Source: Eledone cirrhosa (Eukaryota). From it: a stretch of DNA of 20,629 nucleotides. The position numbers were made by a program, and so were the translations under genes. Positions 16,458 to 20,629 of this stretch are shown piece by piece. The DNA lies in the NCBI GenBank assembly GCA_964016885.1, contig CAXHJY010000737.1, positions 1 through 20,629 of the forward strand, in the 5' to 3' direction. The notes beneath the pieces were generated by a model. The model did no database searches, was not told the origin of the DNA, and saw only the letters and a list, made by a program, of their open reading frames with translations. Each line of letters opens with the position of its first letter. Position 1 is the stretch's first letter.

Positions 16458-16522
<65 letters not shown>

Positions 16523-16561
16523 GTATATATATGTATATATGTATATATGTATATATATGTA

Positions 16562-16604
<43 letters not shown>

Positions 16605-16620
16605 ATATATATATATATAT
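16378..16620. repeat. (TA)n/TG microsatellite
   Basis: Directly visible. Confidence 0.97.
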
Positions 16621-16735
16621 GTTGAAAAAAATGAAAACGAAATTTCATTTCTCACTCTTAGTATGGCACTTACTTAAATGTAAGTATGTATGTATACGTA
16701 CATACATATATGTATACAGACGTACAGTAGCAAGC

Positions 16736-16766
<31 letters not shown>

Positions 16767-16939
16767 TATAGACATATGCATACAGGTACACATACATATA
16801 TGCACGCATCAGTTTAGCCTACGTTTATTATAACGCCGGCCGCTTTGTTCGTTTGTTTGTCAACAAAGCGAACAGCCTGAATTTATGCCATACGGTGTTA
16901 AGGCAACCACGTCACCTTTTTGTTCAACACTGACACAGG

Positions 16940-16984
16940 AACGATGTACTAGTTTCAAGCTTGTTAGCTATCATCAGCACCGTT
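16940..16984 (-). ncRNA. Minimal type I hammerhead ribozyme, family B copy 1
   Basis: Minus strand AACGGUG-CUGAUGA-UAGCUAACAAGCUU-GAAA-CUAG-UA^CAUCGUU; 7-bp stem I, 4-bp stem II, palindromic ACUAGU helix III. Confidence 0.85.
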
Positions 16985-17221
16985 TACCCATCTGCCAGAT
17001 AGTTGAACGTTCGAAAGTATATACTTTCCTTATGAAAATTAACGGCTGGGCAGCCTAATTTGCATATAGAGTGAGTTAAATCGGTCAGGCATACCGAAAA
17101 CGATAAGTTGAAAAAAATGAAAACGAAATTTCATTTCTCACTCTTAGTATGGCACTTACTTAAATGTAAGTATGTATGTATACGTACATACATATATGTA
17201 TACAGACGTACAGTAGCAAGC

Positions 17222-17252
<31 letters not shown>

Positions 17253-17425
17253 TATAGACATATGCATACAGGTACACATACATATATGCACGCATCAGTT
17301 TAGCCTACGTTTATTATAACGCCGGCCGCTTTGTTCGTTTGTTTGTCAACAAAGCGAACAGCCTGAATTTATGCCATACGGTGTTAAGGCAACCACGTCA
17401 CCTTTTTGTTCAACACTGACACAGG

Positions 17426-17470
17426 AACGATGTACTAGTTTCAAGCTTGTTAGCTATCATCAGCACCGTT
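17426..17470 (-). ncRNA. Minimal type I hammerhead ribozyme, family B copy 2
   Basis: Same as 16940-16984 (+486). Confidence 0.85.
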
Positions 17471-17707
17471 TACCCATCTGCCAGATAGTTGAACGTTCGA
17501 AAGTATATACTTTCCTTATGAAAATTAACGGCTGAGCAGCCTAATTTGCATATAGAGTGAGTTAAATCGGTCAGGCATACCGAAAACGATAAGTTGAAAA
17601 AAATGAAAACGAAATTTCATTTCTCACTCTTAGTATGGCACTTACTTAAATGTAAGTATGTATGTATACGTACATACATATATGTATACAGACGTACAGT
17701 AGCAAGC

Positions 17708-17738
<31 letters not shown>

Positions 17739-17911
17739 TATAGACATATGCATACAGGTACACATACATATATGCACGCATCAGTTTAGCCTACGTTTAT
17801 TATAACGCCGGCCGCTTTGTTCGTTTGTTTGTCAACAAAGCGAACAGCCTGAATTTATGCCATACGGTGTTAAGGCAACCACGTCACCTTTTTGTTCAAC
17901 ACTGACACAGG

Positions 17912-17956
17912 AACGATGTACTAGTTTCAAGCTTGTTAGCTATCATCAGCACCGTT
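17912..17956 (-). ncRNA. Minimal type I hammerhead ribozyme, family B copy 3
   Basis: Same as 16940-16984 (+972). Confidence 0.85.
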
Positions 17957-18365
17957 TACCCATCTGCCAGATAGTTGAACGTTCGAAAGTATATACTTTC
18001 CTTATGAAAATTAACGGCTGAGCAGCCTAATTTGCATATAGAGTGAGTTAAATCGGTCAGGCATACCGAAAACGATAAGTTGAAAAAAATGAAAACGAAA
18101 TTTCATTTCTCACTCTTAGTATGGCACTTACTTAAATGTAAGTATGTATGTATACGTACATACATATATGTATACAGACGTACAGTAGCAAGCATATATA
18201 TATATATATATATACATATATATAGACATATGCATACAGGTACACATACATATATGCACGCATCAGTTTAGCCTACGTTTATTATAACGCCGGCCGCTTT
18301 GTTCGTTTGTTTGTCAACAAAGCGAACAGCCTGAATTTATGCCATACGGTGTTAAGGCAACCACT

Positions 18366-18779
18366 TACATACATACTTACATTTAAGTAAGTGCCATACT
18401 AAGAGTGAGAAATGAAATTTCGTTTTCATTTTTTTCAACTTATCGTTTTCGGTATGCCTGACCGATTTAACTCACTCTATATGCAAATTAGGCTGCTCAG
18501 CCGTTAATTTTCATAAGGAAAGTATATAGTTTCGAACGTTCAACTATCTGGCAGATGGGTAAACGGTGCTGATGATAGCTAACAAGCTTGAAACTAGTAC
18601 ATCGTTCCTGTGTCAGTGTTGAACAAAAAGGTGACGTGGTTGCCTTAACACCGTATGGCATAAATTCAGGCTGTTCGCTTTGTTGACAAACAAACGAACA
18701 AAGCGGCCGGCGTTATAATAAACGTAGGCTAAACTGATGCGTGCATATATGTATGTGTACCTGTATGCATATGTCTATA

Positions 18780-18810
<31 letters not shown>

Positions 18811-18871
18811 GCTTGCTACTGTACGTCTGTATACATATATGTATGTACGTATACATACATACTTACATTTA
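18366..18871 (+). repeat. Inverted arm of array B, one unit plus ~20 bp
   Basis: Reverse complement of unit B starting TACATACATACTTACATTTAAG, ending ACTTACATTTA into TA tract; one substitution seen (TATATAGTTTCG vs expected TATATACTTTCG). Confidence 0.95.
18562..18606 (+). ncRNA. Minimal type I hammerhead ribozyme, family B copy 4 (in inverted arm)
   Basis: AACGGTG 18562-18568, CTGATGA 18569-18575, GAAA 18590-18593, CTAG, GTA cleavage triplet 18597-18599, CATCGTT 18600-18606. Confidence 0.85.
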
Positions 18872-20463
<1,592 letters not shown>

Positions 20464-20629
20464 TAACTTTACTTTGATAACTTTGATATGTTTTGGCCAG
20501 TATTGGCCCAGGCCATGTCTAACTTAATAGCACCACCTGGCGAAGTCTTTCAATTCAGGATTTGGGCACCATGGCCCATTCGAGAAGAGAATTACTGTTT
20601 GCGGAGACATATCCGGGTGTGGGTGGTTT
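20464..20629 (-). mobile_element. 3' end of the same CR1/L2-group LINE (copy 4), running off the window edge
   Basis: Reverse complement of ~16216-16377 with slightly different CAAAGT(TA) tail repeats. Confidence 0.92.

Larger units (their letters stand above)
16621..18364 (-). mobile_element. Tandem array B: ~3.6 copies of a 486-bp non-coding hammerhead-containing unit (retrozyme / Penelope pLTR-like)
   Basis: GTTGAAAAAAATG at 16621, 17107, 17593, 18079 (period 486); differences seen: GGCTGGGCAGCC vs GGCTGAGCAGCC and a shorter internal TA run in unit 4. Confidence 0.9.

Overview
Eukaryotic (animal-like, possibly mollusc/cephalopod; inference only) repeat-rich window with no host gene. About 11 kb is a TG-interrupted (TA)n microsatellite, and all the long Y/I/M/C/V ORFs are artefacts of it. 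Embedded in the TA matrix are: (1) a short non-autonomous RTE-like element, present as two direct copies plus one inverted part, with a candidate HDV-like ribozyme at its 5' end and a C2H2 zinc-finger remnant; (2) four 5'-truncated copies of one CR1/L2-group LINE; (3) a tRNA-derived SINE; (4) a 5'-truncated Penelope-like GIY-YIG endonuclease fragment; (5) two unrelated non-coding tandem arrays with 485-bp and 486-bp units. Each full unit carries a type I hammerhead ribozyme with a palindromic helix III, and each array ends in a fold-back inversion. These look like retrozyme/circRNA-type elements copied by multi-round (rolling-circle-like) reverse transcription into TA microsatellites, probably using Penelope-like machinery. 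Amplification or assembly artefact is the main alternative for the arrays and fold-backs.
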